Below are positions 14,241 through 26,409 of a DNA stretch of 64,000 nucleotides, one piece after another. The translations under genes were made by a program, and so were the position numbers. The stretch is taken from NCBI GenBank assembly GCA_051294375.1, contig CM119264.1, forward strand, positions 24,727,842-24,791,841. Direction: 5' to 3'. The notes under the pieces are model-generated. The model was not told the DNA's origin and did not search any database. It was given only the letters and a program-made list of their open reading frames with translations. The stretch comes from Paraspadella gotoi. Taxonomy: Eukaryota > Animalia > Chaetognatha. Positions within the stretch are counted from its first letter, which is position 1; the number at the start of each line of letters is the position of its first letter.

Positions 14241-15384
14241 GGCCCTGGAGGGAAAGCACAATGGGGGAAAAGAGCCGAGCTTGAGAATCGGGGGAAAGTT
14301 GGGTTAGCGAAGAGAAATNNNNNNNNNNNNNNNNNNNNNNNNNGAGTAGCTCTGGCTTTCAGTGGAGAGATGAGGTGGCGTTGATTCGATTTAGTAGAAA
14401 TCGCAATTGAAGGATTGAGGCTAAAATGAGTTGGTTGTTGTTTTCTTTCGCAACGCGTTCTGAGATTTCGCTTTTTTTTAATTTCTTCTTTGTAATTTAC
14501 TGCAATTTTTTTTTTTCGCGACGGTTGCGCGAGGGGGGGCCTTCGGCGTTGGGAATACTAACCCGCGTCTTTTATCCTGAGAGTTTTATCTAAAGCGGTC
14601 GAGATTATGATGCAAAGCTACCTTTCTGCAAGGCAGCTGAGGGGTTATACAAGATCAAAACGGCGAAATGATGATTATTCATTATTATATTCATCTGTTT
14701 CCTTTTCGAGCGCCCCGTTAGTACGACGGCGCCCTCCTCCTCCAACTCCACCTTGCGTGATAGCCCTTTTATTCAAAATCAAGCAGGGCAGCGTCACCTT
14801 CGGAACGATACTGCAACCCTCCTTTCCACCAAGAAGGGTAAGCCCGAAACCGTCCCTTCAATGGTAATTAGCTTTCCCTTTAAAGTATACTGTACTTGAT
14901 ATTCATTTTTCACTGTTTACAATAACTCACCCATATCCCATAACTAGCCTCCATTTTCCCTTCTCACACTTTTCCGCATTTCTTTCTACTCTTTTTTCTC
15001 CCCCTACCGTCCCACCCCTCGTCATATACGACGTCCACCCCACCACCACAAGTCGGATTTCCCCCACACACGCACTATTCTCTAAACCGCCTCCCACCTT
15101 TTCTGACCTCCCGGGTTTGAATTGAGGATGCGATATTTCTGATTATTTTCAGATTTTACTCCCCAATTAAGAAAAGAGGTTGTTGGGGAAAGCGATGTTT
15201 TTGTATTCCTATTGAATTTATGCGGAGATAGAGAAGATGAGAGAGAGAGAGCAGAGGAGAGAAGAGGAGATGAGAGAGAGAGGAGAGACGAATGAGAGAG
15301 AGAGAGGGCCCTGGAGGGAAAGCACAATGGGGGAAAAGGCGCAGTAGAAATCGGGGGAAAGTTGGGTGTTTGCGAAGAGAATGG

Positions 15385-17787
15385 AATGAGAGATTAAAAG
15401 ACGGTTTATGATTTGAGACTCTAATTTTTTTAATGGAGAATAAAATGCGATGAGAAACAGAAACTTGTATGTGGAGAAAAATGGAGTGGCGCGAAAGCTT
15501 TGTTAAGAAGCGAAATAATAAGTTAAGGTCCCTCAAATAAAAGAATATTATCATTGCTGCTGTTTAATATGAAATGTTGATGTAAAATATGATAGAAGTG
15601 ATGATTAATAACGAAAAAAAGGAATATAAAATAAAAGAAAAGAGAAAGAAAGAAAAAAAAGAAAGAAGAAAAAAATAAGGGAAAGTGGAAAAAAAAAATA
15701 TGTTTAAATTTCAAATACGGGTCCAAACTCCGCCCTTTTTCTCATTCTCTATTCTTTCCCCTTTCGGATCCCTTTACTCCCCTTCTGGCCCCTTATTTTC
15801 TTTTTCCTCTATGGCTCTCCCTCTCAGTTCCATTCTAATTATTATTCTTCTCATTTCTGATAAATATAAAAAAAAAATGATGGTTAAGATTGAATACGGC
15901 TATGGTGGACAAGCTAATGCATATAGAGAGTAGTTCTGAATATGAATGACTCTATAACCTTAATCCATTTAGTTAGTGGATCCGTATTGGCTCATATATG
16001 TAATATTGTTTTAAAAGCTTAATGTAAGGTATTCTTTGTTCTGAATTTACCCAGACCGCTGTGTTCGATCGCGCCGGAATTCTTACAAGTTAAAAAAAAT
16101 GTTACAGATCTCAACAGACACGTTAGTAAACAATAAAAAGCTCAGTACAAATCAAATCCTAGTTGCTTTTTTTATCTCCCTGTCAGAAACCCACAAGAGA
16201 GAAGACGACCTTCGCTCTCCCTCAAGCTTCTCTAATCGTCCGCGCGAGCCCTGGCATCGATGAAGGCAATGATTGACCATCACGTGTCTTACAGCAGTGA
16301 GACGCTGCATACGCAGAATACGAGTTTCTCACCAACTGTATACATGTGTGAAAATTAGGGTATCTGAACTAACTAGGAATGGATTTAGATGTTAGGAATG
16401 GAGAGTAGTCTGATAGTCGTTATTGTATTGTAAGAATAGAAGAACGAAAGAGAGAAGATCTAAATACGACGAGCTCTCTCAGAGTTTTTTGGTGTCTAAT
16501 TGCTCTGATGGAAAGGCGCCAATTCATAAACTGCGCATCCGCGGAGTCACCCGAATTTGGTCCAATGTAATAAACGAGGAAGTTGTGTCTCTCTGTCGTA
16601 ACTTCTCTCTTTCTGACTCCCTCTGCTCTTGTGCTAATTCTCTTGGGCAGGACTTACTCATAATCTCTATTGAAGACAAACAAGGATTCAGTAGCGATAA
16701 TATAGATAATTGGTTTGAAGAGAAGAGCACTTTTTAGTAATCATGTTAGAAATATATATATTGATATATGAGGGATAAGTGGGTTATTTATTTGTATATC
16801 ATAATGACTAGTTGAAAATGTCGCTCATCTCTGCTCTTCTCTCTTATGGAGAAGGAAGTTTGGTGTTATTTGACGTAGAATAATTTTCATTGGTTGAGAG
16901 TATTAGATGAGGAGTATAAAATGACAAAACAATTAAAGTGTTCATCGAGAAGGGATTTGATAGATATTGAATAGATAATGTAAAAATGATAATTTGTAGC
17001 AGTATAGAGATATCTGATGTATAGAAAAATGCGACTCGGGTATTTTTGTTTTCATGGCACCGAGAAACAGGAAAAAACAATTTTCGGACGCATGACGTCA
17101 GCTTTTTGTTTTGACTTTTGTGAGGCAGAGAAAAGAAAAAGAGAGACAAGAAAGAGATCGACTTTACCCCTATTTGCTAAGAGAAGGTGAATTCGATACT
17201 CGAGAGAGTCGCGAAGAGAACATGAGAGAGAGAAATCGAGACTGTTTAGCTCTGAAGGTTTGGTATACATGGCGGTTTCCGATGGTTTTGGGCAGGAAAT
17301 GACTCTATATATTGATGTAAAAAGTTTCATAGTTTAAAAATCTCTCGCTGCGGTTCTTAATACGTATAGTGGGAAAGCTCTGATCTGTGTATTATATATC
17401 ATATTGCATATTTGCACATTGAATATCTCTGCAACAATTTAAGCAAAGATCATTAGAAGATATATGAGTTTTTGCATTATTGACTTTGATTATTAGATTG
17501 GAATCAAGTGGGTACAGTGTTAGATCTCTATCTCCTTCTCTCCTTTTGGAATGAGAGATAAAAGACGGTTATGATTTGAGACTCTAATTTTTTAATGGAG
17601 AATAAAATGGATGAGAAACAGAAACTGGATTTGGAGAAAAATGGAGTGCGCGAAAGTTTGTTAGAAGCGAAATAATAAGTTAAGGTCCCTCAAATAAAAG
17701 AATATTATCATTGCTGTTAATATGAAATGTTAGAAATAAAATAGATAGAAGTGAATGATTAAATAAACGAAAAAAAGGAAATAATGA

Positions 17788-17863
<76 letters not shown>

Positions 17864-19025
17864 AAAAAAGAAAGAAAGAAAAAAAGGAAGTGAGCGTCGG
17901 ATTTAAATTTCAAAACTGGTCCAAACTCCGCCCTTTTTTCTTGTCTCTATTCTTTCCCCCTTTTTCGGTTTTCCTTTTTTTTACTCTTTCCTTTCCTTTT
18001 TTTTCCCCTATTTTCTTTTTTCCTTTTCTCATTGCTCTCCTTCTTTCGGTCTCCTATTTAATTTTAGTTCTTTTTTTCATTTACGAGAAAGAAAAAAAAA
18101 TTGTATGGTTAAGATTGAAATTGCGGATCTTTTTGTTATCCCTTTGGCGATTGGGCACAAGCTTAATGCAAAGAGAGAGTTCTGAAATGTATAGACTGAA
18201 ACAAACCCATAGTTTAGTTGGACCGATTGGCAATATTGTAAATTGTTTTTAAAGCTAATGTTTACGATTGTTCAATTTACCAAGGTCTACGTTGGGAAAT
18301 TCTTACAGTCGTCGACAATGTACAATACAATACAATCAATCTTAACTTTTTTCCCTGTCCACCAAACTCTTCTCATACTAAGTCCCACCCTGACGAAGCT
18401 TACCTCTCTCCTTCCTCACCCTCTCCAGTCGGGAACTGGGTCTGGGTACTGGGTACTGGGTAGGGACGAGAGATCAAATCGAGTCTAGAATTTTTGTGTC
18501 CAATTAATTAGAGGCGAAACTCTAATCCACTCCGATCGAATTTCGGGATTTTATCGGATTTATTTTGACTCCGGATTTTCGCGCGATTCTTTGGGCAGAT
18601 CAAGTTATTTTTAGCGATTATAATTGGTGAGCACAATAGACACATTGTGATTTATTTGTTTGGTACAATTTATTTATTTGTCATATATATGTGTGGTCAT
18701 TGCTTGAAAGGGCGTTTGGTATTTTTACTAATATTTTTCATTGGTTGATATTATGAGGTTTAAATCAAAACAATTAAGTTCATCGAGTTTGATGATATTT
18801 TAGAATTAAATGATAATTTGTAAGATACCTTCTGTTATAGAAAATCGACTCGGGATTTTGTTTTCATAGCGAAAACAGGAAAAAAACATTTTCCGCATGA
18901 CGTCAGCTTTTTGTTTTCTTTCTGACAAAAAGAAAAACAAAGAAAGAGAATCGACTTCCATGCAAGAGAAGAATTCGATCGAGAGTCGAAGAGAGAATCA
19001 CTCTTTGTTTTTAAAAGTTCCATAT
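15385..19025. repeat. noisy tandem duplication (15385-17335 vs 17548-19025), probable gap-fill artefact
   Basis: Both copies start ggaatgagagat(t)aaaagacggtt(t)atgatttgagactc and share tagaaaa..cgactcggg..gacgtcagcttttg near their ends. Copy 1 carries many insertions. 14200-14318 also matches 15225-15383. Confidence 0.85.
17787..17865. repeat. (GAAA)n tetranucleotide microsatellite
   Basis: Direct run. Confidence 0.97.
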
Positions 19026-19056
19026 GTTTTGCCTACGTTTTGTTTAGGATATAATC

Positions 19057-19172
19057 GATTGATTGATTGATTGATTAAATATTTGATTGATTAATTCATT
19101 CATTCATTCATTCATTCATTCATTCATTCATTCATTCATTCATTCATTCATTCATTCATTCATTCATTCATT
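19057..19172. repeat. compound (ATTG)n/(ATTC)n microsatellite
   Basis: Direct runs. Confidence 0.95.
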
Positions 19173-19547
19173 ATTTCCCTCATTTCTTCTTCATTTTCTT
19201 TTTCTTTCGTTCATTCGTTCTATCTTTCTATCATTCTATCATTCAATCATTTATTCTATCATTTAAGATATTCGTTAATTAGCTTTTCATTTACTCGCCT
19301 GAATTTTATATTCCATATAGATTTAGGTTTAATTTAATAACATATTACATGTTATATGTTAAATATGTACAACTGATTCAAACGGTGCTCGAAAAAATGA
19401 TTGCGTCCGATTCTAGCTGATGTGAAGTAGTGTAAACGCCCTGGATACAATTTCTCTTAATAAATTGAAACTTCACACCGCGAGCAGTTAACGAACAGAC
19501 TCTCTGTAACGAGAGAATGTAACGGAAGAAAAATTGAGAGTGAAATT

Positions 19548-19665
<118 letters not shown>

Positions 19666-20365
19666 TCTTCCACCTCTCGCTTTAATTGCAAATTGAGCCT
19701 TGATGCAGTCAGCCCCAGGGGCCCATAAAAATTTCCCCATGAAATCCCGTCATCTACGAGGAAAAAAAATCTTCGAGTTTATGCGAGAGTAGGAAAAATA
19801 TGGGCGGGGGCGGATGAGAAGGTGGGAGATGGCACTTACCTCTAGCTGGCATCGGAGGAGATGGCAGAGATGACGATGATGGGATGGCAAAAAGAAAACC
19901 GTAACGAGATAGAGAGGAAGGGGGATGGAATCTACTTTCCTCTCGACTCTCGACACTTTGGAAAAAAAAAATCTGAAAACTAATTTTCACCTGATGGTTG
20001 AGTTTTTTTTTGTTTTTGTTTTTTTTGTCTTAGTTTTGTTATCAACAGTTTTTTAAAAGGCAAATTAAAATATTTAAAGATATGAATTAATAGATTTTTA
20101 TTAATTTTTTCTCAAAAAAATTTATAAGTTAATTACTGTTATAAGACGAAGAGATTAGGAAGATGTGCTTGGAAAAGAAGCTCATTAACCCAACCCTCAT
20201 TAAAGGATGTAATAATGTAATAATAATGTAATCACAAAAAATAAGTAAAAGTTGGTTTTTTTTACGCCACAAATCGTCAATTTCGGCGACGAACGATTTC
20301 CGGTTGACGAAAATATTGGAGCTTTTTCGAAATAAAGTGATTAACGTCCTTGTTTAATCAGTGAT

Positions 20366-20445
20366 AACGCCGCGGGATTGGCGTAAAGGTTTGGCGCCGC
20401 GGGATTGGCGTAAACGTTTGACGCCGCGGGATTGGCGCCGTGGAC
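20366..20445. repeat. 27-bp GC-rich tandem repeat (CGCCGCGGGATTGGCGTAAANGTTTGR) x~2.7
   Basis: cgccgcgggattggcg occurs three times at 27-nt spacing. Confidence 0.9.
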
Positions 20446-20884
20446 GCCGGCCTCATAGAATTTTATTGTGATTTAAAATTTCGCTTGGGAAGGAAAACGA
20501 AGTCAGATAAGAACGATATTTTTTCTCAAATTTAAAGAATAATATTACGTATTACTGTATTTATACTAGTTAATAAAAAGTGATTGTTTGTATCTTCGGT
20601 CACATCGTCTCCTTTTATATTCAGCTACTTCCATTCGCTGGTATCATTATTTTTTATGCTTTCTCATAAACAATGATTACGCATCACACATTCGACTCAC
20701 GGGGACGAAACGTGTCACTGGTGGTGAATTAGATACAAGCGACGGTTCCCATAGTACGAAGGATGTGTGAAATACGACGTAAGACACTGTGTGTGACACT
20801 ATGGGTCGGATGATTTCTTTCATTAACGCGCTGGCTTTTAAGTTCCCAAAAGGGAGGTTGACATCGTAGTCGTCCTTTTCCTAC

Positions 20885-21260
20885 TTATCTTACTAGAGCC
20901 AAACTTTGTCAATGGGGTGGGTCAGTAGTTTGATTTGGGAACCTTTCCAAATGAAACTTCATACATTTCTGAGAAAACTTTCAATGGACCAAAATTTTCT
21001 AAAATGGCTAGAAGCATTAGTAATTAATTTTTTAATATTTATTTATAGATAGGAAATGTCAAAAATTTTTTTAAAAAGTTGTCTACACAAAGTATAATTC
21101 TTTTTTCAATATTTTGATGATAAGTGGGTCAAAATTGGGAAAAACCTTAAAAAATCATTATCATCATTATCATCCGATGATTTTAGCAGTTTTTATTAAT
21201 TTTTAGTATCCAAAAAAAATTTTGACATTATATAGCAATATAATAATATTAATTAGCGAA
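20885..21260. mobile_element. fragment of an AT-rich non-autonomous DNA transposon (MITE-like)
   Basis: tgataagtgggtcaaaatt...tcattatcatccgat matches, in reverse complement, 26975-27050. The taagtgggtcaaaa motif also occurs in the fold-back at 35.9 kb. Confidence 0.5.
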
Positions 21261-21904
21261 TTACTCATGGTTCGGAACATTTTTGCAAAAAAATATTTTA
21301 ATACAATAATTAACAGCAATTATGGATTAGTTTAATACTGTTCCCATTAAAATTTGAATTTGGTCGGCTACCGCTAATCTTACTATTTTCATTTTCAGTG
21401 CATTTTACTTTTTTGCTGTTGCCATCCTTTTTGCTCGTTGTCGTTGTCTCTGTCTCAGTTTCTGTCTCTGTTTTCCCGAAAATGTTGAACAGAATCGGCT
21501 CGTCACTGTTATTCATGTNNNNNNNNNNNNNNNNNNNNNNNNNNNNNNNNNNNNNNNNNNNNNNNNNNNNNNAAGAGTCTTAGTCTTAGTCGCTTTCGTC
21601 GCGGAAGTTACTGATGTCAAGTAATTAAAACAAGAAGATGACAATGAAGAAGTTGACGGTGATTCCGTGAACTAATTACTAATGTTAAATTCACAAAGAA
21701 TATATTCACCTACGAAAAAAAGTAAAAACGTTTAAGAAAATAAGAGGAAAATATGTTGATGACTGACGGGAACCTGGTTTTGAAAAACGGCGAAGAAAAA
21801 GGTTTTGAGGAGAAAAGGGATACAGGCGTGGGAAATCTAAAAAAGGTAAAATGAGAAAGGGGGATCAGGCAAAATGATTGGGAAAATGGGATCAGGGAGA
21901 GTGA

Positions 21905-22165
21905 TCTGAGAAAGGGGGAGCAGGCGAAGTGGCCTGAGAAAGGGGAGCAGGCGAAGTAGCCTGAAAAAGTTGAAGAGGTGAAGTAGCCTGAAAAAGTTGA
22001 ACAGGCGAAGTAGCCTGAAAAAGTTGAACAGGCGAAGTGGCCTGAGAAAGGGGAACAGGCGAAGTGGCCTGAGAAAGAGGAAACAGGCGAAGTGACCTGA
22101 GAAAGGGGGAACAAGTCAAAAGGCCTGAGAAGGGGGGAACAGGCGAAGTGGCCTGAGAAGGGAAA
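21905..22165. repeat. 27-bp minisatellite (CAGGCGAAGTGGCCTGAGAAAGGGGAR) x~9
   Basis: caggcgaagt(g/a)gcctga(g/a)aa repeated at about 27-nt period. Confidence 0.92.
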
Positions 22166-22744
22166 GGATCGCCGGTTGAAGCTCAAAGCGTTTTATGTCG
22201 ATCATAAAGGTTTTTTTCGACTTCGTCGATGGAGGGAAAAAAGTTGCGAAAGGGCGAAGGCGACGAATGGCAATTGAGGAAGATGGCAGCAAAGTGGCAA
22301 AATATGAGGAGAAGGGGGAAGAGATGGCAGAAGAATGGATGGGGAGAACGACAAAACGAGAGCGGGAAGGTGAAGACGGTAGAAGAATGGATGGGAGAGT
22401 GTCATGTGATGACAGNNNNNNNNNNNNNNNNNNNNNNNNNNNNNNNNNNNNNNNNNNNNNNNNNNNNNNNNNNNNNNNNNNNNNNNNNNNNNNNNNNNNN
22501 NNNNNNNNNNNNNNNNNNNNNNNNNNNNNNNNNNNNNNNNNNNNNNNNNNNNNNNNNNNNNNNNNNNNNNNNNNNNNNNNNNNNNNGGGGGGGGGAGGAG
22601 GAAGCCAGAATCGCGAAGAAGCCATGTTTGTCGAGAAAGAAAAAAATGGATGGCATCGACGGGTTAATCGATGTTGAGAAAAATGCGAGAATCACGAGGA
22701 TGGCCTTCAATCCGAGGGGAAAGTGGAAAATGGAGCGAGAGAGA

Positions 22745-23180
22745 AAATGGAAACGAAAATGGAAAAGAAAATGGAAGAGAAAATGGAAGAGAAAATGGAA
22801 AAGAAAATGGAAAAGAAAGTGGAAAAGAAAATGGAAAAGAAAGTGGAAAAGAAAATGGAAAAGAAAGTGGAAAAGAAAATGGAAAAGAAAAGGGAAAAGA
22901 AAATGGAAGAGAAAATGAAAAATAAAATTTAAAAGAAAATGGAAAAGAAAGTGGAAAAGAAAATAGAAAAGAAAATGGAAGAGAAAATGGAAAAGAAAAT
23001 GGAAAAGAAAATGGAAAAGAAAATGGAAAAGAAAGTGGAAAAGAAAATGGAAAAGAAAGTGGAAAAGAAAATGGAAAAGAAAATGGAAAAGAAAGTGGAA
23101 AAGAAAATGGAAGAGAAAATGGAAGAGAAAATGGAGGAGAAAATGGAAGAGAAAATGGAGGAGAAAATGGAAAAGAAAGG
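22745..23180. repeat. 12-bp minisatellite (GGAAAAGAAAAT / GGAAAAGAAAGT / GGAAGAGAAAAT) x~36
   Basis: Direct tandem array. Produces the (MEKK)n, (KRKW)n and (FLFH)n ORFs. Confidence 0.97.
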
Positions 23181-24762
23181 AAAATTGGAGGGTAGAATGA
23201 ATGTAATAAAAGTGAGGATAAAGGTTGAAGCGGAATTGAGAGAGGCTAAAGTTCAAAAAATGAATTAAAGCATAAACGAATGAATGAACGAAGAAGTGAA
23301 AAATGTTTGAGTGAACGAATGATTGAAGACTTGATTAAAAAGGTGAATGAATGAATGACGAAATAAACAGAGCACGAAACTTACTACGAATCAACTTCTT
23401 TTCCACAAAATCCTGGCATAGTTGCCCTTTTTTTTTCACCATCAACGCCTTTCAATTTGATGTCAGTGAATTCACCCATTTTGACCCCGAAAAGACTTTA
23501 TTTCCTCATCCTTCACTCTCTCCTTTTTTTTCCCTCTGCTAATCGACAAACGCATTATTCGCCAGTAAAAAACAAAACCTTTCCCTCTTTCCAAAACTCA
23601 AAAACGCCGTCCAGATCCGACTTTCATACATTTGTTTTTCTGTATTCAAGAAAACATTTTAAAAAAACAAAAAATAAAACTATGTAGTACAAAAGCTTAC
23701 GAGGATGGAAGAAAAAAACATAAAAGCAAAAAGAGGCAAGCTACTTGATCTGTCAGAAGTAGCTATCGGTCCATTCCTTGCGATCGTAATTATTATTTAA
23801 AACCAAAACCTTCGCTTTTCTTCAAATATACATAAGCACTTACTTTTTTTGAAACGTTGTGAGACTCACGCTTAATCTTTTACGTTTTTTTCTTTGACCA
23901 TTTTAAATAATCTATTTGTGTTGATTTATTTAGTTATTTTTTTAAAGCTTTCTCATGTCTATTCTTAAATCTTTCGTCCTTGCTAAAATTCTTTTCTCCT
24001 CTTTTCTTTTATTTTCTTTTTCCTCCCCTCACTTCCTCTAGAGACGTTAAAACGACCGAGGTGTGGCAACCAATCAAGGGATTAGCTGCCTATATTTCGC
24101 CGCTAAAAATAGTCTCTCTCTCTCGCTCTCTCTCTCGACCTTCCCTCACCCCATTGCTTTATTTCCTCCGCCTTGCCCCGAGCCTGTGGGTCAGAGTCCA
24201 CGACCCCGAGAAACTTCGCGGATTTTCTTTTTGGTTCCTCAGATCCACACTTGTGGCTTCCAACGGGTTGTGGAGGGACTGAGTAAAAGATGTCGTCGGG
24301 ATGTGGACAGAACCGAGACTCATTTTTAATTTATTTCCCAAAAAAATTTTAAAGGTTAAAACTTAAAAATTATTTGTTTATCGACCATTAAAAAAAGTTC
24401 TTTGAACTTTAAGAACTAAATGATTTCCCCATTTTCTGGGTTTCAACGGGAAAACGAAGACGACGACGAAAACAAAGACGACGACGGCGACGAAAACAAA
24501 GACGACGACGACGACGACGACGACGAAGACTTTCTTGACGTTAACGGCCTTCGTGAAGGATTAAGCGGAAAATGAACTTTGTGAACGGCAGAGATTCGGA
24601 AGCCACATGTGAACGCAATCCGTGGGAATATGGTGAGAGACAAGACGATAGTATCTTTTTGTGTGTAGACTTTCTTCCTGTCAATATTTGAAATTCTATT
24701 AGTTTGAGTATTTGAGCTTTTGTTGATATTATGGTGGACTAAAATCCACCAACCGTTCATCA

Positions 24763-24835
24763 GCGGCCATTGGTTCCGGAGGCAAGTCATTCGCCTCCCA
24801 ACCCAAAGGTCCCGGGTTCTAGCCCGGTGGTCGCC
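24763..24835 (+). pseudogene. tRNA-like cloverleaf (SINE head, not a functional tRNA)
   Basis: Acceptor stem GCGGCCA/TGGTCGC (7 bp), weak D stem GGTT/AGTC, T stem CCGGG/CCCGG with GGTTC B-box. The anticodon stem is broken (TTCGC/CCCAA around CTCCCAA) and the T loop has only 6 nt. Confidence 0.8.
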
Positions 24836-24836
24836 T

Positions 24837-24912
24837 AGCAGTTAAGAGGGACGGGGCGCTTAACCCGCCTGTAACTCAGTGTTACAGCCTGATCCGAAGC
24901 TCAGGGACTGCT
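24837..24912 (+). ncRNA. candidate circularly permuted (P5-type) twister-like self-cleaving ribozyme
   Basis: P5 AGCAGTT/GACTGCT; P2 GGG/CCC; T1 pseudoknot CGG(24852-54)/CCG(24894-96); TAA at 24861-63; T2 GC/GC; P3 CTGTAAC/GTTACAG; P4 CCTGA/TCAGG closing loop TCCGAAGC. P1 is minimal and P2/L1 are atypical. Confidence 0.65.
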
Positions 24913-26409
24913 TATATTGAACGGTTCTATCACTAACACATAATAATAATTACTGTCTCTTCAGTCTTCAATATTTTCTTTGTTTCTTTGAGAAAGAACG
25001 TATTAAAATGCTGGACTGTGGAGTGTGGAGTGTGGAAGCTTCCTCGCTGATTCTCTTCTCTCCAAAATGAAGAATCGAAGGTGACAATCCAAGTTGTGAG
25101 GGAAACGTCAAAGGGCCGAGAAAGTCTGAGGTAATGCGGACTTGAGACTGAAAGAAATTTCACTAACGAGATTATTAAAAGTGAAAATTTGAGGATAATA
25201 TTAACCTATTAATTATAATTTATACCGAGTGTTTTAGAATAATAAGTTTGGTTTAAGATGCTAGACGCCCGATTTTCCCCCTTTGTGACGGCAGAGTCAG
25301 GAGTCTTTATAACTTTATAATATATTGGGTGCATCAGTTAATTTCATGACTTGGTTCAAAAATTATAAAATGATTCTTAGCTAATAATGGTTATATATAG
25401 GTTCCTAAAGCTCTATCCAGGCAAGCCTGGTTAAAAAAGTCCTTTGGATGGATCGACTTTTTCGTTTGACCTGCCACTCTTCAGGTAGGTTTCTTTTATT
25501 TTATAATTAAAACCGATAAAAAATGGCGTAGAATGCGTCAAATGTTTAAAGTGAATACATTTTCGGAATCGCCAGGAGCTCAGCTTTTTGAATCAAGTTG
25601 ATTTGAATGACCCTGCCCAGGGCGTACACTGAGTATCTCAGCGATTCCCCGTTTCCTCGCCTAACCAACTCTCTATCCTATCTAACATCCAATCAGTGAG
25701 AGACAATGATTCTTATTATTAATAATCTTTATTACTATCCAATCCAATTAGAACCACAATTAATTATAGGGCGGTATATAGAAAGAGGAACCAGGAATTA
25801 ATATAATTAGTATAATTATTATAGTTTTCCTAGTTTATACACATTATATAAATATGTTACAGTACCTTTTATTAAGTAGTAACCACAATAGTACTTGGGT
25901 ATTATACCACCAATTATTATTGTATAATCTTTACATATGTTACTGTTTACCGAAAGAGAGAGAGACAGAGAGAAAGAGAGAAAAAGAGAGGGACATCCTT
26001 CGTCGCATTCTAACAAGATTTAAGCAGCGTAGGCGTCGTGCTTCTTACGGAATAGTTGTAGAATAGTTTGGAAAAGATTGACAGTTAAAACTGTCTGGCG
26101 CTAGGAGGAGGCACAATATAATTCAATAAGATTCTAATTCTAAATTAGAAACATGGTCATCATATTAAGGTGACAAATATAGTTGATGTTCTTGATATAC
26201 GCAATGAGTCTATTAAAACATTGAATAATTAAATAAAATATTTAAAAAAAAGCTAAATGAAGCGATGTAAAGTCTAAGACGATGTAATGACGGCAGAAAA
26301 AGCGCGTGAAATTTAGTTTTTATTCAATGGAAAATGATCTACTATGATGGAAAAAAAATTGTCACGGTTTCTTAACTTAAATTTAATCTTAATTTATTCT
26401 TAATCTCAT

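Larger units (their letters stand above)
24732..24985 (+). mobile_element. tRNA-headed SINE-like element, family A copy 1, containing a twister-like ribozyme
   Basis: Aligns end to end with 46807-47022 in an unrelated flank. Order: upstream hairpin TGGTGGA-CTAAAA-TCCACCA, tRNA-like head, ribozyme-like fold, tail cactaacacataa...tactgtctcttcagtc. Confidence 0.8.

Noticed and set aside
13489-14384. Long Pro/Ser/Leu-rich and Gly/Arg/Glu-rich ORFs
   Set aside because: Translations of a polypurine low-complexity tract, open in nearly all frames.
20366-22165. 27-bp repeats as CRISPR arrays
   Set aside because: Units are contiguous without unique spacers, the context is eukaryotic and there are no cas genes.
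22402-23256. 284-aa (FLFH)n ORF
   Set aside because: Antisense reading of a 12-bp minisatellite.
24763-24835. Functional tRNA-Gly(CCC) gene
   Set aside because: The anticodon stem has two C-C mismatches and the T loop is 6 nt. It lies within a dispersed repeat, so it is treated as a SINE-like head.
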